A stretch of DNA of 64,000 nt from an uncultured Muribaculaceae bacterium. GTDB taxonomy: Bacteria > Bacillota_I > Bacilli_A > RF39 > UBA660. Below are positions 8,565 to 16,956 of the stretch, in pieces. The notes beneath the pieces are model-generated. The model was not told where the DNA came from, made no database searches, and worked only from the letters and a program-made list of their open reading frames with translations. Made by a program: the position numbers and the translations under genes. Location of the stretch: positions 10,791 to 74,790 of the forward strand of contig CAYRLX010000001.1 in the NCBI GenBank assembly GCA_964425325.1, read 5' to 3'. Within the stretch, counting starts at the first letter, position 1. Each line of letters opens with the position of its first letter.

Positions 8565-9062
8565 ATGAGAGAAAATAATTCAAAAGAATCTAAAATGACA
8601 GCTAAAATTACAGCAGCATATATACTTTATGCAGTTACATTAACATCTATTTATTTCACAGCACGTTGTAACCCATATGAACTAGATGAAGAAACAGATG
8701 AAAATATAATGCGCGAATATAAAGAGAGAAACTTAAAAGAAATTGAAGAAACTTTAGAACAAAGTTATGAAACAAAAATATTTGAACCAGAAGAACATAT
8801 ATTATACATGCCAGAAAGTAAAGTAAATTTACAAAGTGATGATATGGGAGATATTGAAAAAAGCAAAGTGAGTTATAGAATTATATGTCCAGAAGGGTAC
8901 GAATTATTAGGTGTTACAAATGAACATAGTGAAAATTATTATTTATTTGTAAATACTCAAACAGTAGAAGTAAAAGATGATGGAAGTGGTTCATATACAA
9001 ATTTTGGAACACCTATTGAAAAAGAAAAAAATGAAAAGACACAAAAAGTAAAAACTAAATAA
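8565..9062 (+). CDS. small membrane-anchored/secreted protein, paralogue of the 15418-15870 product
   Basis: The ORF track starts at 8550 (MEVKKM), but GGAGGTG in that stretch is a perfect SD 7 nt upstream of ATG 8565. N-terminal hydrophobic segment AAYILYAVTLTSIYFTARC. Motifs shared with the paralogue: ETK(I/V)FE, CP(E/D)GYEL, FGTPIEKEKNE.TQKVKTK. Confidence 0.7.
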   Translation: MRENNSKESKMTAKITAAYILYAVTLTSIYFTARCNPYELDEETDENIMREYKERNLKEIEETLEQSYETKIFEPEEHILYMPESKVNLQSDDMGDIEKSKVSYRIICPEGYELLGVTNEHSENYYLFVNTQTVEVKDDGSGSYTNFGTPIEKEKNEKTQKVKTK

Positions 9063-9120
9063 TGTAAAACAATTTCAAAATAAAAATAAAAAATTATAAT
9101 TAAGGAAGGAGATTAAAAAT

Positions 9121-9753
9121 ATGAAAAAAAAGATATTATTTATAATATTAACTATATTAATTATAGCAGCAGCTATAATTACATATAATACATTTAATAA
9201 GAATAATTCAATAAAAAAATATGAAAGAAAACATATCCAACTTTTATATTCTAGAATTTATTCTGGAGTTGATGTAATTATTGATAAAAAAGGAAATGCT
9301 TATTTAAAAATAATAGATTACAAAGATGACTACCCAATCAAAAAAGCAAAAAAACAAGAATTAAAAAGTCAATATAAAGAATATATAATTGAAGGATATC
9401 ATGAGGACGTAAGTGGCTGTAATAACAAAGAAAAAAAGAATATATTTGAAGGAATTAAAATTCCAGTAGAAAATGTAGTGTCAGCATATGAAATAGATAA
9501 TGGACAAGAAGAAGGCGGGAATGCCATATTATTTATCAAAAAAGATGGAACTGTCTCAGGATTTAATATTTATAATTTTATAACAAACGGATATATAAAA
9601 GTATTCGATAATATTGATGATTTAAAAGATATTGTTAGTATAGTCCAGTCAGCATCGTGCTATTATGTTTGCGGAAGTGCATCACATATAACCTATGCAA
9701 TAGATAAGCAAGGACAGTTTCATCCAATTAAAGAATCGTTTATAGAAAAATAA
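9121..9753 (+). CDS. hypothetical protein with N-terminal TM anchor (210 aa)
   Basis: RBS GGAAGGAG upstream. The KKKILFIILTILIIAAAIITY segment is a signal-anchor. Confidence 0.65.
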   Translation: MKKKILFIILTILIIAAAIITYNTFNKNNSIKKYERKHIQLLYSRIYSGVDVIIDKKGNAYLKIIDYKDDYPIKKAKKQELKSQYKEYIIEGYHEDVSGCNNKEKKNIFEGIKIPVENVVSAYEIDNGQEEGGNAILFIKKDGTVSGFNIYNFITNGYIKVFDNIDDLKDIVSIVQSASCYYVCGSASHITYAIDKQGQFHPIKESFIEK

Positions 9754-10001
9754 AACCTAAAAGTCGCATTGTAAGTATTTTTACAATCAAAATTAATAAA
9801 AATTATCACAAAAAATAACATGAAATTATCAAAAAATGATGTAAAAAATAAACTGCGTAAAGATTTACCAATTATTTTAGAATAACAAAAAGAAGAAACA
9901 AAATATAAGTAAAAAAATGTCAATTATTTATTATAAACATTGTACTTTAATTATTATTTTAATATAATTAGCTTAAAGGTATATATAGAGGAGGAATAAA
10001 T

Positions 10002-10685
10002 ATGTTAATGGAAGAAGAATTTTATAAAAACCCAAAAGAATGGTTAATAGAAAATTTGACAAATTATAAAGATTATTATGAAAAGTTGATAAGTATTTAT
10101 GGTGAAACTGAAAGATATAGAAAAAAGATAGATGAAATTGAAAAAATGATTGATAGATTGCAAGGAAAAGAAGTAGAAGATGCTAAAAAATATGATGATC
10201 TAATTGAAGAAATTATGACATCACTTATTGCGCAAAAAGAAAGAGAACAAATGACATACGAGAAAGCTGAAGAAGTATCTGAAATAGCTGCTGACTGGTG
10301 GGGACAAAAAGTTGATAGTCCATCTCATGATGCTGGATTAGATAAAAATATCCAACTATTAACTCAATTGTTAGTAGAAAATATGCCAAAAACAGAAAAT
10401 GATAAAATAAGCGCATTTAAAAATATACTAAAAGAAATGATAAAAAAAGAATTAATTAGCCGAAGCTACATTGATTTATATGTTGACTATGGGCCAAGAG
10501 GTATATTATGTGACGCTGCAAAAGAAGCAACTTTACTGCCACAAAATCACGATGAATTTCGTATGACACATATATTCCCATGGAAAACTTCAATGCAAAT
10601 TTCACTAGATCAAATTACAGTAAAAGAAGGATATGGATCAAAGCAAGAAGTTTTATTTGATAGAGATAACAAAAAAATTAAATAA
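10002..10685 (+). CDS. hypothetical cytoplasmic protein (227 aa)
   Basis: RBS GAGGAGG lies 8 nt upstream. No recognisable motif. Confidence 0.6.
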   Translation: MLMEEEFYKNPKEWLIENLTNYKDYYEKLISIYGETERYRKKIDEIEKMIDRLQGKEVEDAKKYDDLIEEIMTSLIAQKEREQMTYEKAEEVSEIAADWWGQKVDSPSHDAGLDKNIQLLTQLLVENMPKTENDKISAFKNILKEMIKKELISRSYIDLYVDYGPRGILCDAAKEATLLPQNHDEFRMTHIFPWKTSMQISLDQITVKEGYGSKQEVLFDRDNKKIK

Positions 10686-10716
10686 ATTTGAATGACATAC
10701 AATAAAATAATACAAT

Positions 10717-10744
10717 TTGACAAAACAATTATTTAAGATATAAT
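10717..10744 (+). promoter_or_regulatory. member of the AATTTGACAA promoter/leader family
   Basis: CAATTTGACAAAAC contains TTGACA (10717-10722); 16-nt spacer; TATAAT (10739-10744). A short UCCC/GGGG anti-SD/SD pairing follows, just before ATG 10768. Confidence 0.55.
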
Positions 10745-10767
10745 AAGTCCCAAAGGGGGGATGATTA

Positions 10768-11121
10768 ATGAACAATGATTTATTAAATTCTATTTTTTCA
10801 TCTATGAGTATAAATGATATTTTAGAAAAAATGGACGATTCACAAAGCCATATATTTTTAAGACAATTATTTAACTATTTAAAAACAGATAGTGAAAAAT
10901 ATGATGCTAACGGCTTAGGAATTGAATCTTATGTAGATTTTGTAAGATATGATAAAGAAAGTAAATCTATAGTTGTTTCAAAAGAAGAACAATACATAGA
11001 CTATACTGATGACGGAATTATAGAATATCCTGCTGGATCTAGTGAATATACAATATCAATTGATAAACTACAAAATAGAATAAACGCCTTAGTAAATCAT
11101 AAACAAACTAAAACAAGATAA
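10768..11121 (+). CDS. hypothetical protein (117 aa)
   Basis: RBS GGGGGGAUG-type purine tract; ORF followed by a terminator. Confidence 0.6.
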   Translation: MNNDLLNSIFSSMSINDILEKMDDSQSHIFLRQLFNYLKTDSEKYDANGLGIESYVDFVRYDKESKSIVVSKEEQYIDYTDDGIIEYPAGSSEYTISIDKLQNRINALVNHKQTKTR

Positions 11122-11135
11122 ATGTTATCAAAAAA

Positions 11136-11170
11136 ATGTTATACAGGATAAATCTTTATAACATTTTTTT
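11136..11170 (+). terminator. Rho-independent terminator
   Basis: ATGTTATA (11136-11143) pairs with TATAACAT (11157-11164), flanked by an A-run and a T-run. Confidence 0.6.
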
Positions 11171-11240
11171 ACAAACTTATTTACATAAATTATTGTCATA
11201 AAAAATAAAAAAAATTATAATTAAAATAAGGAGCTATTGT

Positions 11241-12803
11241 ATGGGAGAAAAAGAATATATTGAACTAATAAAAGAAGTATATGATGAAGTTATAGCTAAT
11301 TTTAAAACATCAAGAGATAAAATAGAATTTCAAAACATTTTTTCAGACGTAGTAAAAGAATTAATTGATACAAAGGATGAAAACTCTAAAGCATCTTTCG
11401 AAGCTATAATAAGTGAATATATAAAGTCGGTAGAAGCTATATCAAAATTATCTCCAGGGTTAGCTACTGGCTTACATGATGAAAAAGAGGATATTACACT
11501 AAACACTTACAATGGTAAAATGTCAGACATACCGAATGATGATGAAATCACAGATGAAACAGTATTTGATGCATCAAGCATGACAAAAATGTTTACATCA
11601 ATTCTACTTTTAAAAGAAGTGGAAAATGGAAATATAGATTTAAATAAAAATTTTTCGGATTATAGTCCATTACTTAGTAGTGTTAATATTCCAATAATTG
11701 ATGCTTTAAGATTCGGAGTAAATTTAAGAACAGACGGAAGACTGGATGAACCTGATATTACTAAAGAAGAAAGAGAAAGAAGATTTAAAAGCACATTTGT
11801 ATCTGAAACAGACACATTTATATATAGCGATATTCCATATATGCTAGTTCCTTTATTATTTGGAAAAACTATGGAAGAAGCTACAGAAAACTATATAAAT
11901 AAGTTTTACGAATTATATAGAGATAACCTCGGACTAGCCAAAACAGGATATAGTACAATTAATATGACTGGTGGAGCTGTAAAAACGAATCTTAATGAAG
12001 AAGGTAGTGCATACAGTAAAGACGGATTATATGATCCAAAAGCAGATATATTTGAAAGAATAGTTGGATATGTATCTGGACACGCTGGAGTTACAACTAC
12101 AGTTGGTGACTTAGAAAAATTATTCGATTATCTAAAACATGGTTTGCTAAATGAAGAGTCACTAAAAATATTAACAACAACTACTCAGCCAGAATCAAAA
12201 ATATTATTAGATAAAGAAGGTAATCCAGTTATAAGAAGAGGTAAAGAAGTTGTAATTAATCATGCAATGGGAGTGTATATTAATACTGGAAGTATTCGTG
12301 AAAGTGATATTCCTGCAAGATATTCAAATAATACTTTTGCTGCTGAAGGGTCTACTGGAACATATTCAGTATTTGATATAGAAAATGGACTAAATATGAC
12401 TTACCTTTCAAATATTAGAAGTGGTAGCTATTCTAAGTCTATAAATACAGAAGGTTATACTTATGGTGACAATGAAGATCCAATGCCAAAAAACTTCGAA
12501 ACTACATTATTATCAGGTACCCACTTCTTTAATGATGAATACTCTATTCCAGATCCAACAGGTAGTTTGATTAGACCAGATGGAACGAGAATGGCCTATG
12601 TAAGAGCTACGAACAACTTCAAAGAAGAAGGACTAGAAACATTATTGAAACTAAGAATAGCAAAAAAGGTACTTACAAGAAAAGCACAAATAGAGTGTAG
12701 CAACGAAGAATTACAGGAAGCACTAAAAGAAATAAATGAAGCATTTAATCAACCTAATTATAGTGATATAGTAAAAAATGAAAATGATAAAAAACGAAAG
12801 TAA
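11241..12803 (+). CDS. serine hydrolase, beta-lactamase/PBP4*-like family (520 aa)
   Basis: SxxK motif in FDASSMTKMFTSILLL, later GHAGVTTT and a GSTG motif. An N-terminal extension of about 100 aa is shared with the next gene. Confidence 0.7.
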   Translation: MGEKEYIELIKEVYDEVIANFKTSRDKIEFQNIFSDVVKELIDTKDENSKASFEAIISEYIKSVEAISKLSPGLATGLHDEKEDITLNTYNGKMSDIPNDDEITDETVFDASSMTKMFTSILLLKEVENGNIDLNKNFSDYSPLLSSVNIPIIDALRFGVNLRTDGRLDEPDITKEERERRFKSTFVSETDTFIYSDIPYMLVPLLFGKTMEEATENYINKFYELYRDNLGLAKTGYSTINMTGGAVKTNLNEEGSAYSKDGLYDPKADIFERIVGYVSGHAGVTTTVGDLEKLFDYLKHGLLNEESLKILTTTTQPESKILLDKEGNPVIRRGKEVVINHAMGVYINTGSIRESDIPARYSNNTFAAEGSTGTYSVFDIENGLNMTYLSNIRSGSYSKSINTEGYTYGDNEDPMPKNFETTLLSGTHFFNDEYSIPDPTGSLIRPDGTRMAYVRATNNFKEEGLETLLKLRIAKKVLTRKAQIECSNEELQEALKEINEAFNQPNYSDIVKNENDKKRK

Positions 12804-12868
12804 AAACTTTTGTTTTTTATTTTTATGTTTTTATGATATTATAAATATAAATAGGAAGGAAGAATCAC

Positions 12869-14344
12869 ATGGTAGACAACTATACAAGCCTTTTAAGAGA
12901 AACATGGGATGAGTTATTTAATGAGTTAGATACATTAGATCAAAAAAGCAATTATGAAAGTATATACAAGGAAACTATAAATGATCTAATGGATAATGAT
13001 AAAGAAAATTATCAAACAATCTTTGAAGCACTTATTGATGATTACCTAAAAGACGTTAAAGCCATTGCTAAAATGTCGCCAGGGTTGGCAACAGGACTAA
13101 AAGATATTAAAGACAATATTACATTAAATATATATACTGGATATACTTCAGATAAAAGTATTGCACAGAAGATAACAAAAAACACATTATTCGATATTGC
13201 AAGCATAACTAAACTTTTTACCGCACTTTTACTACTTAAAGAAGAGGAAAAAGAAAATATAAATTTAAAAAAATGTTATTCAGATTATTCAGATAAACTA
13301 ATCAATATAGATGTACCAATCATAGATGCATTAAGATTTGGAGTGGAAATAAGAACGCCTGGTAGAATAGATGAAGATAATATAAGCGTTGAAGAGAGAA
13401 TGCTCAGATTTGAAAAAGCCTATGTTTATAAAAGAAATACATTTATTTATAGTGACGTTCCATACATGCTAACATTAATGCTTTTCGGAAATAATGAAAT
13501 AGATGCAAACATAAATTATATAAAAAAATTCTATGAAACATTTAAAAACATAGGACTAAATAATACAGGATATTTTACAAATCAAAAAACAGGTGGACTA
13601 TTAAGCATATCCTCAGATGAAAAAGTTGAAATATTTGATCCAAAAGCACGAAAATTTGAATTTGAAAATGGTTTTATTTTAGGTCATGCCGGAGTAACAA
13701 CAACAGTAGAAGACATTCAAAAACTTTTTGTAAACTTAAATAATGGATTTTTATCAAAAAAATCTATAGAAAAACTAATAACTCCAATTACAAATGATAA
13801 ATATTTGTTAGATCAAAATGGAAGTCCAGTGATTAGAAAAGACAAAAAAGTATTAATTAATAGAGGTATGGCAGTATATTTAAACATAGGTGATATAAGA
13901 AAATGTGATATAGCTAAAGGATATTCCAAAAAAGCATTCGCATCCGCAGGATCTACAGGAACATATACAATATTTGATTTAGAAAATGGATTTAATACAA
14001 TTTTTTTATCAAATATAAAAACAACATCATATTCAAAAACCTTTTTCACGGATAATTATATATATGGAGATGAAAAATATCACTTACCAAAATTTTATAA
14101 AACAACACTTATCGCAGGCACAGGAACTAAGAGAGATGGAAAAATAGTTAAACCTGATGGAAGTGAAATGAATTATTCTAAAGCAACAAATCACTTTAAA
14201 GAAGAACAATTTAAAACATTACTCAAACTTAGATTAGCCAAAAGATTCTTGTTAAAAAAAGCACAATTAGAATCAAATGAATATGAATATCAAAACATAA
14301 AAGAAAAAATTAACGACGTGTTTAACGATGAAAGATATATTTAA
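12869..14344 (+). CDS. serine hydrolase, beta-lactamase/PBP4*-like family (491 aa), tandem paralogue
   Basis: FDIASITKLFTALLLL (SxxK), GHAGVTTT, GSTGTY. Collinear similarity with the 11241-12803 product throughout. Confidence 0.7.
   Translation: MVDNYTSLLRETWDELFNELDTLDQKSNYESIYKETINDLMDNDKENYQTIFEALIDDYLKDVKAIAKMSPGLATGLKDIKDNITLNIYTGYTSDKSIAQKITKNTLFDIASITKLFTALLLLKEEEKENINLKKCYSDYSDKLINIDVPIIDALRFGVEIRTPGRIDEDNISVEERMLRFEKAYVYKRNTFIYSDVPYMLTLMLFGNNEIDANINYIKKFYETFKNIGLNNTGYFTNQKTGGLLSISSDEKVEIFDPKARKFEFENGFILGHAGVTTTVEDIQKLFVNLNNGFLSKKSIEKLITPITNDKYLLDQNGSPVIRKDKKVLINRGMAVYLNIGDIRKCDIAKGYSKKAFASAGSTGTYTIFDLENGFNTIFLSNIKTTSYSKTFFTDNYIYGDEKYHLPKFYKTTLIAGTGTKRDGKIVKPDGSEMNYSKATNHFKEEQFKTLLKLRLAKRFLLKKAQLESNEYEYQNIKEKINDVFNDERYI
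14240..14344 (+). repeat. 105-bp repeat, second copy of 7606-7710 (2 mismatches)
   Basis: Direct comparison of the two DNA stretches. Confidence 0.85.
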
Positions 14345-14378
14345 TAAGAAATTATATACACATAAGTAGGAGAATAGT

Positions 14379-15014
14379 ATGAATATTTTAAAAGATGAAA
14401 ATAATAACTATATAAAAGATACAAGTCCATATGAAAAATTTAAAAGAATAGACAATGATATTATTTCATTTTATATGAAATATAATCAATTAAAAAATCT
14501 ATATAGACAAGGGTGGCTAAAAGTGCGAATTGGCTTAGAACACAAAGAAAAATGTGAATCAGTTGCTGATCATTCATTTTCAGTCGCACTGCTATCTTTA
14601 ACAATAATAGAAAAAGAAAAACTACCACTAGATGCATTCAAATGTATAAAAATGGGGATTATACACGAACTAGGTGAGATATATGCAGGAGACTATACTC
14701 CGTATGATAATATAACAAAAGAAGAAAAACATATTAAAGAAAAAGAAGCTATAATAAAAGTATTGAATACTTTAGATAAAGAAAATGATTTTTTAGAATT
14801 ATGGGAAGAATTTGAAATAGGAAAAACGGAAGAAGCTAAATTTATTAAAAGTGTGGATCAATTAGAATTTTTATTACAAGCGTGTGCATACGGTTATGAT
14901 GCAAAATATTTTAAAAAGTGCATAGAAAAAATTGATAATTATTATTGTAAAAAAATAGCTAAAGCAGCTATTATAAGTACAAATGGAAATAAAAAGCCAA
15001 AAATAGTAGATTAA
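14379..15014 (+). CDS. HD-domain hydrolase (YfbR-like 5'-deoxynucleotidase family)
   Basis: ESVADHSFSVALL ... IHELGEIYAGDYTP ... SVDQLEF gives the H..HD..D pattern of HD phosphohydrolases of the YfbR type. Confidence 0.65.
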   Translation: MNILKDENNNYIKDTSPYEKFKRIDNDIISFYMKYNQLKNLYRQGWLKVRIGLEHKEKCESVADHSFSVALLSLTIIEKEKLPLDAFKCIKMGIIHELGEIYAGDYTPYDNITKEEKHIKEKEAIIKVLNTLDKENDFLELWEEFEIGKTEEAKFIKSVDQLEFLLQACAYGYDAKYFKKCIEKIDNYYCKKIAKAAIISTNGNKKPKIVD

Positions 15015-15211
15015 AAAAATAGTGAGAAAAATAGATGATGAAAACATATAATAGAAAAAACACATTTTAAATTATAATAGTAGACATAGTATTAGGAAGT
15101 AGAAAAGAACATACATGATATTCAAAAGTAGATATAATAATATATTAGCTTAATTTAAGATAAAGATCATCTAAAGTTAATGGGACTAATTCTTATTTTA
15201 AAAAGCCCAAT

Positions 15212-15240
15212 TTGACAAAAATAAGGTTTTATGATAGTAT
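15212..15240 (+). promoter_or_regulatory. sigma-A promoter with extended -10 (copy 2)
   Basis: TTGACA 15212-15217 and TGaTAGTAT 15232-15240, identical to copy 1. Confidence 0.65.
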
Positions 15241-15243
15241 ATT

Positions 15244-15376
15244 AACTCGTCAAAGGGAGTAGCTTATATAAACTAAAAAGTTTATAGGTATAGTTCGTCA
15301 AATCAATACGAAAGTATTCGGACTATAACATAGAAATATGAAGCAAGACTTATACATTGTATGGTCTTGCTTTTTT
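15244..15376 (+). promoter_or_regulatory. yybP-ykoY (Mn2+)-like riboswitch with terminator, copy 2
   Basis: Identical in sequence to 8391-8523 (offset +6853). Confidence 0.6.
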
Positions 15377-15417
15377 GCATATAGATCATACAAGTTGACT
15401 AGATGGAGGTGAAAAAA

Positions 15418-15870
15418 ATGAATAAAGAAGTGATCAAAAATTTAAAAGTATTCGCACTATCGACTCTTTTAACCAGTAGTATTGTACTATCAGGATGTAG
15501 TTCAAATAAGCCACTAAGTGATTATACTGATGAAGAAATAAAAGAAGAATATGAAAGACGTAGTGAAGAAACAAATCAAACATTAGAAGATAAAAGAGAA
15601 ACAAAAGTATTTGAGACAGGGCAGCACGTTATAGAAATTGTACAATTATATGATTCAATTAATTTAAAAAGAAGAATTGAATGCCCAGATGGATATGAGT
15701 TAATTTCAACATGGAGTTATAGCATAAATGATAATACGCATTTTGGCTATATTTTCTGTAATACATTACCAGTAGAGGCAAAGTTAGATGAAAATGGAGA
15801 ATATACAAAATTTGGAACACCTATTGAAAAAGAAAAAAATGAAAATACACAAAAAGTAAAAACTAAATGA
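15418..15870 (+). CDS. small lipoprotein, paralogue of the 8565-9062 product
   Basis: Start moved from 15403 to ATG 15418 (the SD GGAGGTG lies inside the longer ORF). Signal peptide with lipobox: KVFALSTLLTSSIVLSGC. The C-terminus FGTPIEKEKNENTQKVKTK is shared with the paralogue. Confidence 0.75.
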   Translation: MNKEVIKNLKVFALSTLLTSSIVLSGCSSNKPLSDYTDEEIKEEYERRSEETNQTLEDKRETKVFETGQHVIEIVQLYDSINLKRRIECPDGYELISTWSYSINDNTHFGYIFCNTLPVEAKLDENGEYTKFGTPIEKEKNENTQKVKTK

Positions 15871-15957
15871 TGTAAAACAATGTCAAAATAAAGCTAAAAG
15901 ACTTTAATTATATGTATTATTATAATATAATCAAATTAAGAAGAGGAGTGATTTAAC

Positions 15958-16860
15958 ATGAGCGAATTTAAAAAAGTAAATATAATAGAATACGTAAAAG
16001 AAGGATTAGAAAATGGTAAATTAGTACCAATTCAAGCAAAAAAAACTGCACCAACTCATTTAGTTCCAGGTACATTAGGAGAGGAAGTTATCTCATGGGT
16101 TGAAAATAAGGACGGGACTTCAAGAATAGAAAGAGAAGAAAAAGTAGAAAAAGATTCAGAAACTGAACAGCCAGGATGGATAGCAACAAAAGTTGATTCA
16201 AACGGAAATCCAGTAATCGATGGAAACGGTCATAAAAATCAGTGGATAATTAAAGACTCATTTTTCAGAGCCAATTATGAGCCTTCAAAAGTAGGTGATA
16301 ATTTATATCAGAAAAAAGCTGTTCAGACACTAGTACAAATACCAGACAATATTGAATTTGAAAATAAAAAAGGTAAAGTAATGACAGTTGAAGCCGGAGG
16401 ATACATAAATATTACAGATTTATCAAATATGCATGGAATATCAGAAAGAGACTTTAATGACACTCATGAACTTGCACATACTGTAAGTCTTGATAATGGT
16501 GAATTTGTTGTTATAACTGAGAAAGATGGAACTATTACAGTAGGGCTAAAGAATGCTTTAAGAGCTGCTGACTATGAGAATTTACTTGGAACTTTAAACA
16601 TTCCAGAAGGAACAATAATTAATACACCAATATTACTACCATCAAAGCCAAACCAAGAAGGACAAAGTAATCAAAACATTAATGGTAATCTTACAATTAG
16701 TACAGAAGATGGTGTTAATTATGTAATAGTTGGTAATAGTGTAAGCAATATAATTGTTTATGATTCAATGAGAAAACAACTTGAAGAGGTTGCTGATAAG
16801 TCAGAAAATGGATTAATAGAGCATCAAATATCAGAGCCATTACCAAAAAGACACAGATAA
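15958..16860 (+). CDS. hypothetical protein (300 aa)
   Basis: RBS AGAGGAG upstream, followed by a terminator. No recognisable motif. Confidence 0.6.
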   Translation: MSEFKKVNIIEYVKEGLENGKLVPIQAKKTAPTHLVPGTLGEEVISWVENKDGTSRIEREEKVEKDSETEQPGWIATKVDSNGNPVIDGNGHKNQWIIKDSFFRANYEPSKVGDNLYQKKAVQTLVQIPDNIEFENKKGKVMTVEAGGYINITDLSNMHGISERDFNDTHELAHTVSLDNGEFVVITEKDGTITVGLKNALRAADYENLLGTLNIPEGTIINTPILLPSKPNQEGQSNQNINGNLTISTEDGVNYVIVGNSVSNIIVYDSMRKQLEEVADKSENGLIEHQISEPLPKRHR

Positions 16861-16891
16861 AATTATATAAAACATAAGCATAAATAATAAA

Positions 16892-16919
16892 AAAGGCAAC
16901 ATATTTAATTGTTGCCTTT
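16892..16919 (+). terminator. probable Rho-independent terminator
   Basis: AAAGGCAAC / GTTGCCTTT stem with a 10-nt loop. The T-tract is short. Confidence 0.5.
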
Positions 16920-16956
16920 CACTCTATAATTATAAGATAAAAATTAAGGAGAGTAT

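Larger units (their letters stand above)
8354..8568 (+). repeat. 215-bp segment identical to 15207-15421 (promoter + riboswitch-like leader + terminator + RBS + ATG)
   Basis: Base-by-base reading of the two segments shows no mismatch. Identity starts at CCAATTTGACAAAA and ends 4 nt into the coding region. Confidence 0.9.
15207..15421 (+). repeat. 215-bp segment identical to 8354-8568
   Basis: See the feature at 8354. Confidence 0.9.
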
